A DNA stretch of 63,017 nucleotides, counting the filler, from Chiloscyllium plagiosum (Eukaryota): NCBI RefSeq assembly GCF_004010195.1. It is 3 parts of 3 records of this genome, joined end to end, with 100 filler letters (N's around TTAATTAATTAA, not from the genome) between each part and the next. Parts side by side here need not be neighbours in the genome. Positions count along the whole stretch, not along the records: positions 18,495 to 45,291 come from NW_025213837.1; 2 more parts are not named here. One strand, given 5' to 3'. Every line of letters begins with the position of its first letter. Position 1 is the stretch's first letter. A model generated the notes under the pieces. The model saw nothing but the letters and a program-made list of their open reading frames with translations, did no database searches and was not told where the DNA came from. The position numbers and the translations under genes were made by a program. Positions 25,668 to 38,971 of this stretch are shown piece after piece.

Positions 25668-27029
25668 TCTTGACTATGGCTTTAACAATGGTCTCCATCA
25701 GAGAGGACCCACAAATCAGGGACAGCGACCAGAGATTACAGGCCCCGCTCTTGCTCCTCAGTCCCAGACCCGAACACGATGGGCCCCCTGGGGTCCCAGG
25801 TACCAGTTGTTGTGTCTCGGGCTCTGTACATAATGCAAATGGTGTGACTGATCCTTCTGATTGTTCCCCACCTCACCAGGTCCCCACAGTCACTGAGATT
25901 ATTTAAATGCAGCCTTTGCCATATCGGGACCCTGACTGATGTGAGACAGGCTTAAATGGGTCAATAAGATTGAGGAGTTATAGACACAGATTGCCAAGTG
26001 GAAATCTAATGTTATGGCTCCAACAGAGACTGGGCGGGACTGCGGATTCCAGGTACAAAGTAAAGATAGGGAAGAGGGAAAACTGCGAGAAGTGGTGGGA
26101 TTGTTCTGGAGCCAGACAGTGCTGACCAACCTTAGGCCCTGAGATATGATGCAGATGAAGGGTGAACTGTGCTGGGCTTTAACTCACTGTTACCAGAGTA
26201 AAACAGGGATTACCCATTTCACAAGAGAGTAAATGGAACTAACAAACCAGGTGCATGTGAAACACCGACCCCGTCCCTGAGAGAGGGGGGACAAGAACAG
26301 GGACATTCTCAGACAGAAAGGATGCTAAAAATGGTATCACCCCGAGAGTGAAGGTTGGGGTGGAGACACTGACAGTGACACCCTCCCAGAGAGTGGGGAA
26401 AGTAACACTGACACATTTAAAACTGTATTATCACAAGCGAGAATTCAAATAGACACCCACTCCACCAAACGGTGTTGATGATGCACTGTCTTCATCAAAA
26501 CACATTGGCAAACCTCTTCGTAACACGTCAGGGGAGAGAAACATTGAAAAATGTATTACCATGAGTGAGGGTCCATTAAAACAAGGACCATGATGTTAAA
26601 TTTTCCCAGCCGTAAACAAACTGGTGTATTTACATCTTTGTCTGATTAAACAATATTGAGTTTTGTTTTTTTTTCTTTTTCGTTTTTTTTTCTTCTTTTC
26701 TCTCTTGTTAAATTTTGGCTATTGGAAATTTGAGTTAATTGTATATCAATGTTTATATCTGAGAGTTTTGTTTATGTTTGTAAACTTGTAAAAATGTTAA
26801 ATTTCTAATAAAAATATCTATAAAAAAATATTAAAACCTCGGCCAAACATTTTCCTGCAGACAGTGTATTTAAAATCTCAAGAGTCTTCCCACATTGTTG
26901 GTTTGATCAGTGACGTAGCAAGGAAGCAGCAGCTGCCCCATGAACTTCAACAAAAGAATGAGAACAGGCTCTTCATATGGAGCTGGCTCCCGAGAATCCA
27001 ATTCAACAGCAGGGACCAAAGAACAAGGA

Positions 27030-28760
27030 ACAATACAGCACAGGAACAGGCCCTTTGGCCCAACAAGCCTGTGCTGACACATTTTGCCCTTCCATACAGA
27101 AACTGTCTTCACCTACGGGATTCATATCCCTTTATTCCCTTCCTATTCATGCATTAGTGCAGGTCTTTCTTGAATACTTCTATCGTGTCTGCTTACACCC
27201 CCTCCTCTGGCAGTGTGTTCCAGGTACTCAACTTCCCCCGCCCCACCCTGCACCTTGAACCTCTGTTCCCCAGTAATTGACCCCTCCATCCTGGTGAAAA
27301 GCCTAATATTTTCCACCCTACCTATCTCATTCGCAACTTTATAAACTTCTATCAGGTCACGCCTCATTTTCCCGCATTCCAGTGAAAACAAATGCAGTTG
27401 ATCCAACCTTTCTTCAGAACTACAATCCCCCCCCCATACCAGACAATATCCTGGTAAACATTTTCTGCACCGTCTTCAAAACATCCACATCCTTCTGGTA
27501 GTGTGGTGACCGGAACTGTATGCAATATTCCAAGTGTGGTCGAACTAAAGTTCGATAAAGCTGCAGCATAACGTGTCTATCCTTCTACTCAATGCCCCTT
27601 CCAATGAAGGCTAGCAGGCCATAAGCTTTTTTACTGCCTTACCTCCCTGTGCTGGCATCTGCAGTGATCTGTGAACATGCACACCCAGAATTTTTTTTAT
27701 TTCAAAAATATACTTTATTCATAAAATATTTTGATGATCTGTACAATTGTACAGTCCATAAACATTCCATTTCTTTGCATACAGGGGCAGGGTACAGGTC
27801 TGTACGATTACTATCCACATATTTAGCTGGGGGGGGTCAGCGGAGCCCCCTTACTGCGTCAGCCCCCTGTGCTTAGGCAGGCAGATGTTACATGGTGGTC
27901 TTTCCCCACCGCACCTTGACGGCAGCTGCCCCAAGCTTCAGCGCGTCCCCCAACACGTAGTCCTGGACCTTGGAATGTGCCAGTCTGCAACACTCAGTCG
28001 GAGTCGACTCCTTCAGCTGGAAGATCAACAGGTTTCAGACCACCCAGAGAGCGTCCTTCACCGAGTTGATGATCCTCCAGGCACAGTTGATGTTTGTCAC
28101 GGTGTGCGTCCCGGGGAACGGGAGCACGGAGTCCCGCGTCACGGCGCTGCTTGGGACGAACCTCGACAAACACCACTGCATTCCTCTCCAGACTTCTTCT
28201 GCATAGGCATATTCCAGAAGGAGGTGTGTGACAGTCTCGTCCCCTCCCCGCAGCCGCTTTAAGGGCAGCGTGTGGTGCGACTGAGAGTCCGGGCGTGCAT
28301 AAAGGATCTCACAGGCAGAGCCCTTCTCACCACCAGCCAAGCCATGTCTTGGTGCTTGTTGCACACCCAGATCCCTCTGCATATCAATACTCCAAAGGAT
28401 CCTGCCATTCATTGTATTATTCCCACCTGCACATCACCTTTCAAAATGCATCACCTCACATTTGTCTGGATTAAACGACATCTGCCATTTTTCTGTCCAA
28501 GCATCCAACTGATCTATATCCTGTCATACCGTCTGACAATCCTTCTCTTTACCTGCAACTCTACCAATCTGTGTATCAACTGTAAACTTACTAATTAGAC
28601 CAGCTACGCTTTCCTCCAAATCATTTATGGAGATTATGAACAGCAGAGCTCTCACCACTGATCCCTGTGGAACATCACTATTCACAGCCCTCCATCCTCC
28701 TATCACTGCCCTCTGTCTCCTCTGACTCAGCCAGTTCTGTATCCAGTGCTGGGAACATTT
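27030..28760 (-). mobile_element. CR1 LINE 3' fragment interrupted by an L1/Tx1 insertion
   Basis: Minus ORFs WIQNWLSQRRQR...VPQGSV...INDLE...FTVDTQIG and LFSLE...RRDLIEVYK. Confidence 0.88.
27690..28359 (-). mobile_element. 5'-truncated L1/Tx1-clade LINE (C-terminal zinc-knuckle region and A-rich tail) with 12-bp TSD
   Basis: Minus ORF ...GGDETVTHLLLEYAYAEEVW...FPGTHT...AWRIINSVKDALW; AATAAA and A-tail at the 27690 end; TGCACACCCAGA at 27678-27689 and 28360-28371. Confidence 0.85.
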
Positions 28761-29348
28761 TAGACAAGACACCTTGTTTCCAGCTCATTACTGCACCTTG
28801 ATCCAGTAGGGTCAGAAAGAGAAAAAGGACAATGTGCAGATTGTTGAACAGGCCCCTACACCTGGGCCTGAGGCAGGAGCCCAAGCTCCAACACACCGGC
28901 CTCACTTCACACCAACCTTCACACAGTGTGGGGTCATGAACTCCGGCCATCAATTTCTCTGGCACCGGGATGGAGTGAAGGAGCAGTGACAATTATCGAA
29001 GAGTCAATAAGGAGTAAAGCAAGATGGAGAGGGTGTGTTAGAAAGTGTATAATGGAGGAAACAAACTTTGTGATACCCAATAGTGACATAGTCTCCGTGT
29101 ATCACAGAATGAACAAAATAGCACACTGTGAAAGACAATCAAAAGTCAGACCAAAGTACTTCTTTTTTGATATATCATTGCATGCAGGGCATTTTCATTG
29201 TGGTGCCATAAGCATCCTGGTCCAAGAGCTGTAATGTCTCTTTCTCTCTCCTCGTTTCTACAGATGGAGCCAGTTGGATTCTCTCAGAGCCCCAGTTTAT
29301 TTGTACTGTTCAGTAATGTGGGGATACCGATGGGGGGGCTAGGGTACA

Positions 29349-29434
29349 CCTGATGAAGAAGCAGCCCTTCGAAAGCTTCTGATTTCAAATGAACCTGTTG
29401 GGCTAGAACCTGGTGTTGTGTGACTTCTGACTTT
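29349..29434 (+). mobile_element. Penelope-like element terminal fragment with degenerate hammerhead core
   Basis: cCTGATGAag...cGAAAgctt...aacctgttgg...aacctggtgttgtgtga; same family as 45392-45867 and 46829-47875. Another decayed copy lies at about 25510-25595. Confidence 0.7.
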
Positions 29435-29735
29435 GATTAGATTACTTACAGTGTGGAAACAGGCCCTGCGGCCCAACAAGTCCACACTGACCCGCCGAAG
29501 CGCACCCACCCAGATACATTCCCCTACACCTAACACTACGGGCAATTTAGCATGGCAATTCACCTAACCTGCACATTGTTTGATTGTGGGAGGAAACCGG
29601 AGCACCTGGAGGAAACCCACGCAGACACAGGGAGAATGTGCAAACTCCACACAGTCAGTCGCCTGACGCGGGAATTGAACCCATGTCTCTGGCGCTGTGA
29701 GGCAGCAGTGCTAACCACTGTGCTACTGTGCTGCC
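29435..29735 (-). mobile_element. HE1 SINE, full length
   Basis: High similarity to the 41346-41678 copy, including the AATCT tail. Confidence 0.9.
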
Positions 29736-31030
29736 TTCTAGCAACTATAGAGTACTTGCAATGCAACTGAGGATTATGGGTAATGACTCCATCCATTAGC
29801 CATGAATAAATCTGCAGTCACTCCAGTGGATTTCAGTGGGAATGACCTGTTATTTGCTTCCAGGTAACAGGTTCACCACCGCCCTCTCCAGGACAATTAG
29901 GAAACGACAACAAATAACCGACACTTCAACGCCTGCCCCATCCCAGGAGAAATCAAAATAAATGGCATACAATTCAAATGATCAAACTGGTGAGGCCTGA
30001 ATTCATCTATTTGAAGGACTGGAGCCTTGGCCAGAAACAGAGCTATGACATGGGTGAACCTGGTTTGTCAGACTGAAAGGCGGAGTGCCCTGTGGATTGA
30101 CACTGGGATCAGCAACAAATGAATTATACTCAAAGATCTAGCAAACGACTGTTAAGGTGTGCCCCCAAACTGCAGAGAACAGCCCTCGAGTCTTTGCGTC
30201 CTCATCTCCATCTTTGGCTGTTGCCCTTCCCTAATTGTCCTGGAGAGGGCGGTGGTGAGTCATGAGATTCTCGAAGAGGATCTGACAGAGGGACAAGGTC
30301 ATGTCCTCGGCCTGAGCACAACTGCCTGACCTGCTGTGCTTTTCCAGCGCCTCACTTTTTGACTCCGAGCACAACTATCCTTCAGGAAAATGAACTGTGG
30401 CACAAGAGGAAATGCGGGAGTGTTGGAAAATGGGGATAGATTGAGAAAGGTAGAGAATATGACCTGGTTGGTCGATGGGAGGGATGAATCCGGATTCATT
30501 TTTCCCATTGACCAATCAGGTCGTACCCTCTACCTATCTTCATCCCCCACCCCCTTGATCTGCAGCTCCCTAAACAACACCCCCCACCAACTTCCTCAAG
30601 AAGGGTTGCACCCAAAACGTTGACTTCTCCACCTCCTGATGCTGCCTGGCTTGCTGTGTTCTCCCAGCCTCCTGCTTGTCATCCTTGGATTCCAGCTTTT
30701 TTGTCTCTAGTCTCCTCAGGGGCCAGGATGAGTGTGAGGAGTTTGGGCTTTGATGGAAGTACCCACAGACTGAAGTCAAAAAAAACAAAGCAAGAAAGAC
30801 GAGTGGATCGAACACAAGAGAGCAAATTGCAAAGGAGAGAGCGACAACATTGAATTGCTTCTGGTGTCATCCTCTATGCCCAAACATTTCACAGAGCCAG
30901 CTCCACATCCTTCCATTGGCTTTGACATTGAGAGTCAACAGTTCCCTTCCCACAGCCCATTTTATAATGTCCTGTTCCAGGGAATCTCTGAGACAGAGAA
31001 TATTTCACCTTTTCTGGGAAAGGTGGAGAA

Positions 31031-31304
31031 NNNNNNNNNNNNNNNNNNNNNNNNNNNNNNNNNNNNNNNNNNNNNNNNNNNNNNNNNNNNNNNNNNNNNN
31101 NNNNNNNNNNNNNNNNNNNNNNNNNNNNNNNNNNNNNNNNNNNNNNNNNNNNNNNNNNNNNNNNNNNNNNNNNNNNNNNNNNNNNNNNNNNNNNNNNNNN
31201 NNNNNNNNNNNNNNNNNNNNNNNNNNNNNNNNNNNNNNNNNNNNNNNNNNNNNNNNNNNNNNNNNNNNNNNNNNNNNNNNNNNNNNNNNNNNNNNNNNNN
31301 NNNN
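31031..31304. other. Assembly gap
   Basis: Run of N. Confidence 0.98.
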
Positions 31305-32609
31305 TGTGAGGGTCTGTTTGGATAAGATTTCAGCCCCATGGGTTCCCACTGATACTATAGCCAGGGAGTGAGATTGCTGGAGCTACGTGTGGACTGAGGA
31401 ACACAACAGTCAGGACAATGAGCTGCTCTGGAATCCACCCTGAGCCCTGGATGATCCTCACTGAGATGGCCCAGGGGCTACAGAATGTGACAGCAGAAAG
31501 TGGAGCCAGTTTATCATTGACTGTCCTCCCCAGCCGTGACTCACAGACCTCCACTGGACTGAACATTCTCAATCTGACCCCAGGGACACACGGGACAATT
31601 TCACCTCATTTGAAGAGTAAAGAAAACCCAGGTCTAATTTATGGAATATTTATTTTCCAAACCCTGTGGAATTGTTATTCTGAGTAACAAGATCCTGCTG
31701 GTCATATTCATCAATACATGATTCCCAGTGACACTGGCTCCCAAATGGTTGAGTTCCATTTCTTGACCTGGGATCTTGCTGTGCCTAAAAGATGGGTGAG
31801 TGAATTCCCATCAGATTATTGTGTTCTCCAGTGTCCCCTCCTGCCTTCCTTCTTTTCCCCATTTATTAGGGATGATTTTCTCAGGGCCCTGCATTCCTGC
31901 TGAAAGTGCCCCTTCTGGCCCTAACTGTAGTATTGCCCGCCTGCTCCCGGGACCCCATTGCCCTCTCTATTCTCCCCCTCATTCTCCAGGCCTTGAGGGT
32001 GGAGGTTAACACTTCACACAGCTTTCCCTGAGGCTTCAGCTCGGGCCATTTCCAAAGCACACAGAGACAGAGACTGAATCATCTTCATCTTTATTCCCTT
32101 TTCCAGATTGACACTGACAGAAAACAGACTGCAATTAACAGCCCAGACAGAGGTAGCTGCACAAATTCACAGCCACAATGGAGCTTGAGGAAAACACTTG
32201 TGGAGATTTCCTCAATATCATGAGAATCCTGTCCCTTTAAACAGTGACAAAACCTTAAATTGGAACTGGCGGCTGAGCAGGAAGGAGATCTGTTTTACTG
32301 AAGCAGAGACTTCTGAGGTTCACATTGTTTTGTACAGCTGACAGTCTCCAGCAACTTCGAGAGGTTTTATTTGGCATTACCAGTCATCACTGCCCCAATC
32401 AAACACTCCCAGAATGGGTCAGCATGGAGTTTGATACAGAGTAAAGCTTGTTTTTAGTAATCCCAATGACCTGACTTAACCCTTGAACCGCAGAAGTGTC
32501 GCCAAGAAGGAAGAGAGTTGAAATTCAGTGCTGACAATAAGCTTTACACTGCCAGCTCAGCCCTGTTCTATTTAAACTTGTGTCTCCTCTGGGGACTGTC
32601 TCAAACACT

Positions 32610-32938
32610 CTATACACATTCTGATCTCCTGATGCTCTTGCTGAGGGGAGAGGGGAGGGTCACGTGGGTGAGGGCACAGGAGAAGTGAGCGTTGGACTCC
32701 CAGTCAGACCCAGAGAGGGTCAGCAGGCTGCTGACACTGTAGGTGCTGTCCGAAGCTCGCAGGTAGTTGCTGGTCTGAACCCCATCCGAAATGACCGCAC
32801 CGTCCTTCTTCCACTGCACCTCCAGCTCATCGGGATAGAAGTGATTGGCAAGGCACACCAGGGTGGCAGTGCCCTTGGCATTGACCTGCTCTGGGGAGGG
32901 TGGCAGCAGGGTCAGCTTGGGCTGAGCGTTCTCACGGC
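32610..32938 (-). CDS. IGKC: Ig kappa-type constant exon, intact reading frame
   Basis: Acceptor cttgtttttcag|. Encodes SRENAQPKLTLLPPSPEQVNAKGTATLVCLANHFYPDELEVQWKKDG...YSVSSLLTLSGSDWESNAHFSCALTHVTLPSPLSKSIRRSECV*. Minus-strand AATAAA at 32366-32371 and 32090-32095. Confidence 0.95.
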
Positions 32939-33369
32939 CTGAAAAACAAGAGAAACAATTTCAATCCCTGCCGTTCAAAGGGATTTCAACTCTCTGAACA
33001 TTAACTGGGAAAACAATCCGTTTGAATATTTGTGGCCAACACCAAACAAACCTCATAAAAGGACAGGGATTTTTACACATTCTCCCCGTGTCTACTTGGG
33101 TTTCCTCCCATTGTCACAAGGATGTGTAGGCTAGGAGGATTATCCATGGGAATTATAGGGTGGGTGGGATACTATTTAGAGGGTCAGCCTGGGCTGAATG
33201 GCCTGCTTCCACACTGTAGGGATACTATGATTTCTGACGGAGATAACTATGAGAAGGAGGCAGTCAGTGCATGACTGAGGGTGTTGTACTTTGATGCATC
33301 GAGTATATGAAACAAGGTTAATGAGCCTGTAGTGCAGGGACGTGGCTGCAAGGGGATCAGGGCTGGGAA

Positions 33370-36300
33370 CTAAATATCCAAGGATGTACATCCTATTGAA
33401 AGGAAATGCAAGTGTGAAGGAGGAACTGAAGGTAATCCTTGTTAGTCAGGAAATGGTCTTGGGGAGATTGATGGTATCAAAACTTGGTAAGTCCCCAGGG
33501 CCTGATGCTCTACATCCCAGAGTCCTTAAGAAAGTGGGTGTAGAAATAGTGGACACATTGGTGATCATTTTCCAGCATTCTGTAGACTCTGACAGAGTTC
33601 CAGTGGACTGGACAGTATCCAGTGTAATCGCACTTTTTAATAAAAGGAAGGGGAGTGAAAATGAGGAATTATACAGGAGGAAAACGCTGGAGTCAGTTAT
33701 TAAAGATACAATAACCGAGCATTTGGAAAGCAGTGACAGGATCGGTCCGAGTCAGCATGGATTTACTAAAGGGAAATCAGGCCTGACACATCTTCTGGAA
33801 GGTTTTGAGGATGTGATCAGTAGAGAGTGGACAAGGCTGAATCAGTGGACAACAAAAACAAAAAATTATGAAAAAGTTCAGCCGGTCTGGCAGCATCTGT
33901 GGAGAGAAACTGAAGTTAGCTTTTCGGATTGAGTGACCTTTCCTCAGATCTCAGTGGATGTTGTGCATCTGGACTTTCAAAAGATTTTTGACAAGGTCCC
34001 ATGCGAGAGATTACCCTGTCACTTGGAAATAAAATTAAATCAACAGCAAGAGGAAATTTTGAGTTGGACTGCATAGAATCTGTGTGAGTCAACTTAAGAA
34101 ACTACAAAGGAAGAAAGAGCCTGATGGGAGTTATATACCAGCCTCCTCGCAGTAGGCAGGATGTGGATCAGAAAATAAATCAGGAGATAGAAAAGGTATA
34201 TAAGAAAGGGATTACTACAATAGTCATGGGGACTGCAATATGCAGGTGGACTGGGAAAGTCAGGTTGGGAATGGATGTCAAGGAAAGGAATTCATGGAAT
34301 GTCTGCGAGAGGAGTTTTTTGGATCAGCTTTTGGTAGACCCACTAGGAAACAGGCAATTCCGGATTCGGTGATGTGTAATGAGGCAGCTCTGATTGGGGA
34401 GCTGAAGGTGAGTGAACCCTGAGGGGGCAGTGACCATAATGTGATAGAATTCACCCTGCAGTTCGAGAGGGAGAAGCTGGAATTCGATGTAATAAGAGGA
34501 GCTAATGAGCAAGTTAGACAAAGGAGAGCTAATGGACGTGATCTATTTGGATTTCCAGAAGGCCTTTGACAGGTTGCCACACATGAGGCTGCTAAATAAC
34601 ATAAGAGCCCATGGGGTTTGGGCGCTGGTATTGGCATGGATAGAGAGTGGAAATGAATGGATCTTTTGCAGGATGGCAGCTGGTGCCGAGTGCAGTTCAG
34701 CAGGGGGCAGTGTTGGGACTTCAGCTATTCATGTAACAATTAATTATATATCAACGATCTGGGAAAAGGAACTGAGGGCATTGTTGGTTCAGGGGGACAC
34801 AAGGAAGACTGGAAGAGCAATAGTGAGAGGAGATTCGAGAGGGAGGGCAATCGACAGGTGTTTCTGCAGCTGCAGATGGGAATCCAGGGTGGTGTGTTGT
34901 CTCCCTGGTGCCAGGGTCAAGGATGTCACTGAGCAGCTGCAGAGCACCCTGAGGGGAGAGGGGGAACAGGCAGCAGTCATGATCTACATTGGTCCCAGTG
35001 ACAGAATTTAGGGAGCTCAGGAGGGAATTAGCAACAGGAGCTCAAAAATAGGAATCTCCAGATTACTCCCAATGATCAATGCAAGTAAGGATAGGAACAG
35101 GAGGATAAGGCAGGGTGTACGTGAGGCTGGAAAGATGGTCGAGGAGGGAGGGCTTTAGATAGTTGTGACATTGGGAATGACTTTGTGGGAGATGTGACCT
35201 CTATAGATTGAATGGGTTGCTCCTGATCAGGAACTGACCTCCTTGTGGGATGATTTTCTGGTGCTGTTGGAGTGGGTTGAAGCTAACATGGAAGGGCTGT
35301 GGGAACCAGGATGTAATATCAAGGAGGAACACCAAGGAACACAGAATCCTGAAAAAGACAGATAACACCAGAATAAGGAATAGTAATTTATTAGGCAGAG
35401 TCAGAGAGACAGAGAGAGCAATAAATTCTAAGTCCGGCTGACTGTGCATGTATGGGACTGTACGGAATGTGGAGAATAAGATTGGGGAGTTACAGATGCA
35501 CATTACCAAGTGGAAATCTGATGTTATCACTCTAACGGATAAGGCTCAAATGAGGACAGGACTGGTTGTTAAATATTCCTGGAAACAAGGTGTTCAGGAA
35601 AGATAGGAAAAGGGGGAAAGAGTGAGAGGTGTGGGATTGGTTAAGGAGATCGGTGCAGAGCTGGAGAAAGAGGATGTCCCAGAGGGGTCAAGGACAGCAT
35701 TGATTTAGTTTGAGATAAGGAGCAAAAAAGGTGCAATCAGCTTGTTCAGTGCAGTCTGTCGGTCACCAACTAGAGGGAAGGATGTCGAGGGACAAATCTG
35801 AAAGGAATTCACAGCAAACATTAGGGGGACTTTAATTCTTGGAATATAGACTGGGACAGTAGCAGTGTGAAGGGCAGAGAGGGACCACAGTTGAGAGAGT
35901 ATGCTCAGGCGAATTTTCTCCAGCCGTGTGTCTCCATTCAAATGAGAAAGGAAGCTCTGCGAGACCTGAATCTTGGGAGTGAGGAGGCCCAAGTAGATCA
36001 GGTGTCAGTGAGAGGACATTTAGGGAAGAGTGATCATTGTATCACAAGGTTTAGGGTGAAAGTGGAAAAGGACAAAGGAGAATCCAGAATAAAGACATGA
36101 TCATGGATCAGATCCCATGGATAACCTCCAAATGTCTCACACTTCGAAATTTTCACTTTTTTTTCAAACAGAAATATGGATGAGTTACAAAACTAATATT
36201 TTGCCACAGTATTTATTGTTAAGAAATATATGGAATTTTGGGAAATAAATATTGCTGTCTTGAGAAGAGTCCATATTACAGAAGAAGAAGAGGTGCAGTA

Positions 36301-38262
36301 ATCTGTTCTTATAACTGAGAAGGGTAGCTAAATCCCCAGGACCTGATCAGGTCCATCCCAGTAAGTTGTGGGAAGCTTGGGAAGAGACAGTGATGCCCCT
36401 TGCGAAGATGCTATATCACCAACAGCCAGTGTTGGAAGATCGGAGAGTGGCTGACATTGTGCTGATATTTCAGAAGGTCTGAAAGGAATACCCAGGGAAG
36501 TATAGACCGGTGAGTCTGATATCAGTGGGGAGTAAGTTATTGGAGGAGATTTTGAGATACAGGATCTACATGCATTTGGAAAGACAAGGATTGATTATGG
36601 GTAGTCCACATGGCTTTGTAAGTGGGAAATTGTGTCTCAAAAATTTGATTGAGTATTTTGAAGATGTGACCAAGAAGATAGCTGAAAGCAGAATCATAGA
36701 CATTGTCTACGTGGACTTTAGCAAGCCTTTGACAAGGTACTGCATGGACAACTGGTTAGTAAGGTTAGATCAAATGGAATCCAGGGAGGGCAAGCCAACT
36801 GGTACAAAATTGGCTTGATGGTTGGAGACAGAGAGTGGTGGTAGTAGATGGTTGATCAGAATGGAAGCCTGTGACCAGCGATGTGGCGAAAGGATTGGTT
36901 CTGGATTCATCATTGTTCATCATTTATAGAAACAAATTGAATGAGAATATAGGAGGTAGGGTTCGTGAGTTTGCAGATGACATTAAAATTGGTGGCAAAG
37001 TGGAAAGTGATGAAGGCTATTTGAGAGTACATTTACATTAGGTATTGAGATAATAGCGAGGCTTTGCATTTTGGTACAAAAACCAGACCACGGTTTACAC
37101 AGTTAGTTGTGGGGCCATCGGAAGTTGTCAAAGAGGGAGACTAAGGAATGGAGGCATAGAGTGCCTTGAAACTGGTGCCACATGTAGACAGGGTGGTGAA
37201 GAAAGCATTTGGTACACTTGGCTATGGGAGTTGAGATGACATGTTATGGTTCTCCAAGATATTGGTCAGGCCACATTTCCAATCACCTGCTATTGGAAGG
37301 ATGGCATTAAACTGGAAAGGGTGTAAAAAGAATGACAAGGCCGTCTCTGAGACTGGAAGGCATGAGTTATATGGAGAGGTTGGTTAGGCCTGGGCTACTT
37401 TCTTTGGAAGGTCAGAAGTCGTGGGGTGACATTTTAGAGGTTTATAAAATCATAATGGACAGAGATAAGGTTACTAGCTAAGGTCTTTTCCCCAGGGTAG
37501 GGTCGTCCAAAACTAGAGGGCAGAGGTTTAAAGCAAGAGGGGAAAGATTCAAAAGGGACCTGAGGTACACCTCTTTCACATAGAGGGTGGTGCATGTATT
37601 GAATGAACTGCCAGAGGATGTCATAGAGGTGAGTCTGATTATAACATTTAAAAGACATTTGAACAGGTACATGGAGATGAAAGCTATTGGGGGAAATGAG
37701 CCAAATGCAGGCAAATGGGACTACGGGGAATAGAGAAGGTGAATAATTCGTGAAGGATGTGAATATGTTGCAGATGGGGTAAATAAAATTGCCATGGAAA
37801 GTTCAGAGATGAAGGAATTAAGTTAAGAAAATATTTTGGAGAAGTTGAGACTGTCTTCATTGGAGAAGAGAAGGCTGAGAAAAACTTTGTCTGAGGAATT
37901 CAACATCAAGAGGGGTCTGGACAGAATAATTAGGGAGAAAATGTTTCCACTTATGAAAGGTTTGAGAGGGAGAGGGAGATTTAAAGTAATTAGTAAATGA
38001 ATAAAAAGTAAGATGAGGCAAAACGTTTTCAGCCAGTGGGTGGTTAAGGTGTGGAATGCACTGCCTGAGAGTGTGGTGGAGGCAGCTTCAATTGAAACAT
38101 TCCGAAGGGAATGAGACTGTTATTTGAAAAGGAACAATGTGCAGGGTGACAGGGAGAAGGCAGGAGAATGACACTCAGTGAATTGCTCATTCAGAGAGCC
38201 AGTACAGACAGGATGGACAGAATAGCCTCCTTGTGCACGGGAACAATTCTGTGATTGTGTGA
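33370..38262 (+). mobile_element. Mosaic of nested degenerate CR1 LINE fragments filling the kappa J-C intron
   Basis: KSPGPDALHPRVLK, QHGFTKGKS, IYQPP, DVIYLDFQKAFD, VCCLPGARVKDV (ORF1), SDH, VYVDFSK and two CR1 3' ends. Confidence 0.9.
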
Positions 38263-38309
38263 TTGAGCAGAGTTAAAGCTGGGGGAGGTGGGAGCTCGGT
38301 GTCTCACTG

Positions 38310-38311
<2 letters not shown>

Positions 38312-38341
<30 letters not shown>
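38312..38341. repeat. (CTG)10 microsatellite
   Basis: Ten perfect CTG units. Confidence 0.95.
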
Positions 38342-38365
38342 AGGTCAGTGAGATCAGAGACTGGG

Positions 38366-38570
38366 GCTGGAAATGTGTTGCTGGAAAAGCGCAGCAGGTC
38401 AGGCAGCATCCAGGGAACAGGAGAATCGACGTTTCGGGCATTCCTGAAGAAGGGCTTATGCCCGAAACGTCGATTCTCCTGTTCCCTGGATGCTGCCTGA
38501 CCTGCTGCGCTTTTCCAGCAACACATTTCCAGCTCTGATCTCCAGCATTTGCAGACCTCACTTTCTCCTC
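38366..38570 (+). mobile_element. Penelope-like element terminal fragment with a perfect 76-bp inverted repeat
   Basis: Arms 38366-38441 and 38458-38533 are exact reverse complements; CTGAAGA-GGGC/GCCC-GAAAC core; same family as 62791-63017. Confidence 0.82.
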
Positions 38571-38936
38571 CAGATCAGAGACATGGGACAGGGAGCCAGA
38601 GCTCACATCAAACTCTGCCCGTGTCCGTCACACTGAGACTGGCAGGAGGCTACTCACTGATTTCACTCCATGCTGCAGGAATGGGACCACAGGCTGCAAA
38701 TGGACAGAGCTCCTCCACATGGTGAGTAAAACTGACTGACTTATATCTTACTGCTTAAAGGGAGCAATGGAACTAAAGAAATACAGCTGGACACCCTGTT
38801 AGACACAGTGCTCCTCAATCAACCATTTCATTCACTGCAGCTCCCCACTAATACCTTCAACAATTTAGCATTTGTGTTTTAGAAATTGCGTTTAGAAAAT
38901 AAAAGGTTTATTAACAGAAGATGGAGGTTTACTTAC

Positions 38937-38971
38937 TCAGTCTGAGCTTGGTTCCTTTACCGAACATAAGC
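38937..38971 (-). CDS. IGKJ: Ig kappa J segment
   Basis: LMFGKGTKLRL (FGxG motif) followed by phase-1 donor gtaagt. Confidence 0.93.

Noticed and set aside
25700-25880. Minus-strand NWYL...VW stretch as a lambda-like V relic
   Set aside because: No conserved Cys, YYC or RSS, and several stops.
30850-31371. Long ORFs spanning N runs (also 42020-42708)
   Set aside because: Artefacts of translating gaps.
38305-38311. Isolated CACAGTG in the J-Ckappa intron as an analogue of the mammalian intron RSS used for kappa deletion
   Set aside because: No nonamer and no partner deleting element seen; lone heptamers are frequent here.
38191-38606. Overlapping poly-Ala/Leu/Ser ORFs, one resembling a signal peptide
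   Set aside because: Produced by (CTG)10 plus the Penelope inverted repeat.
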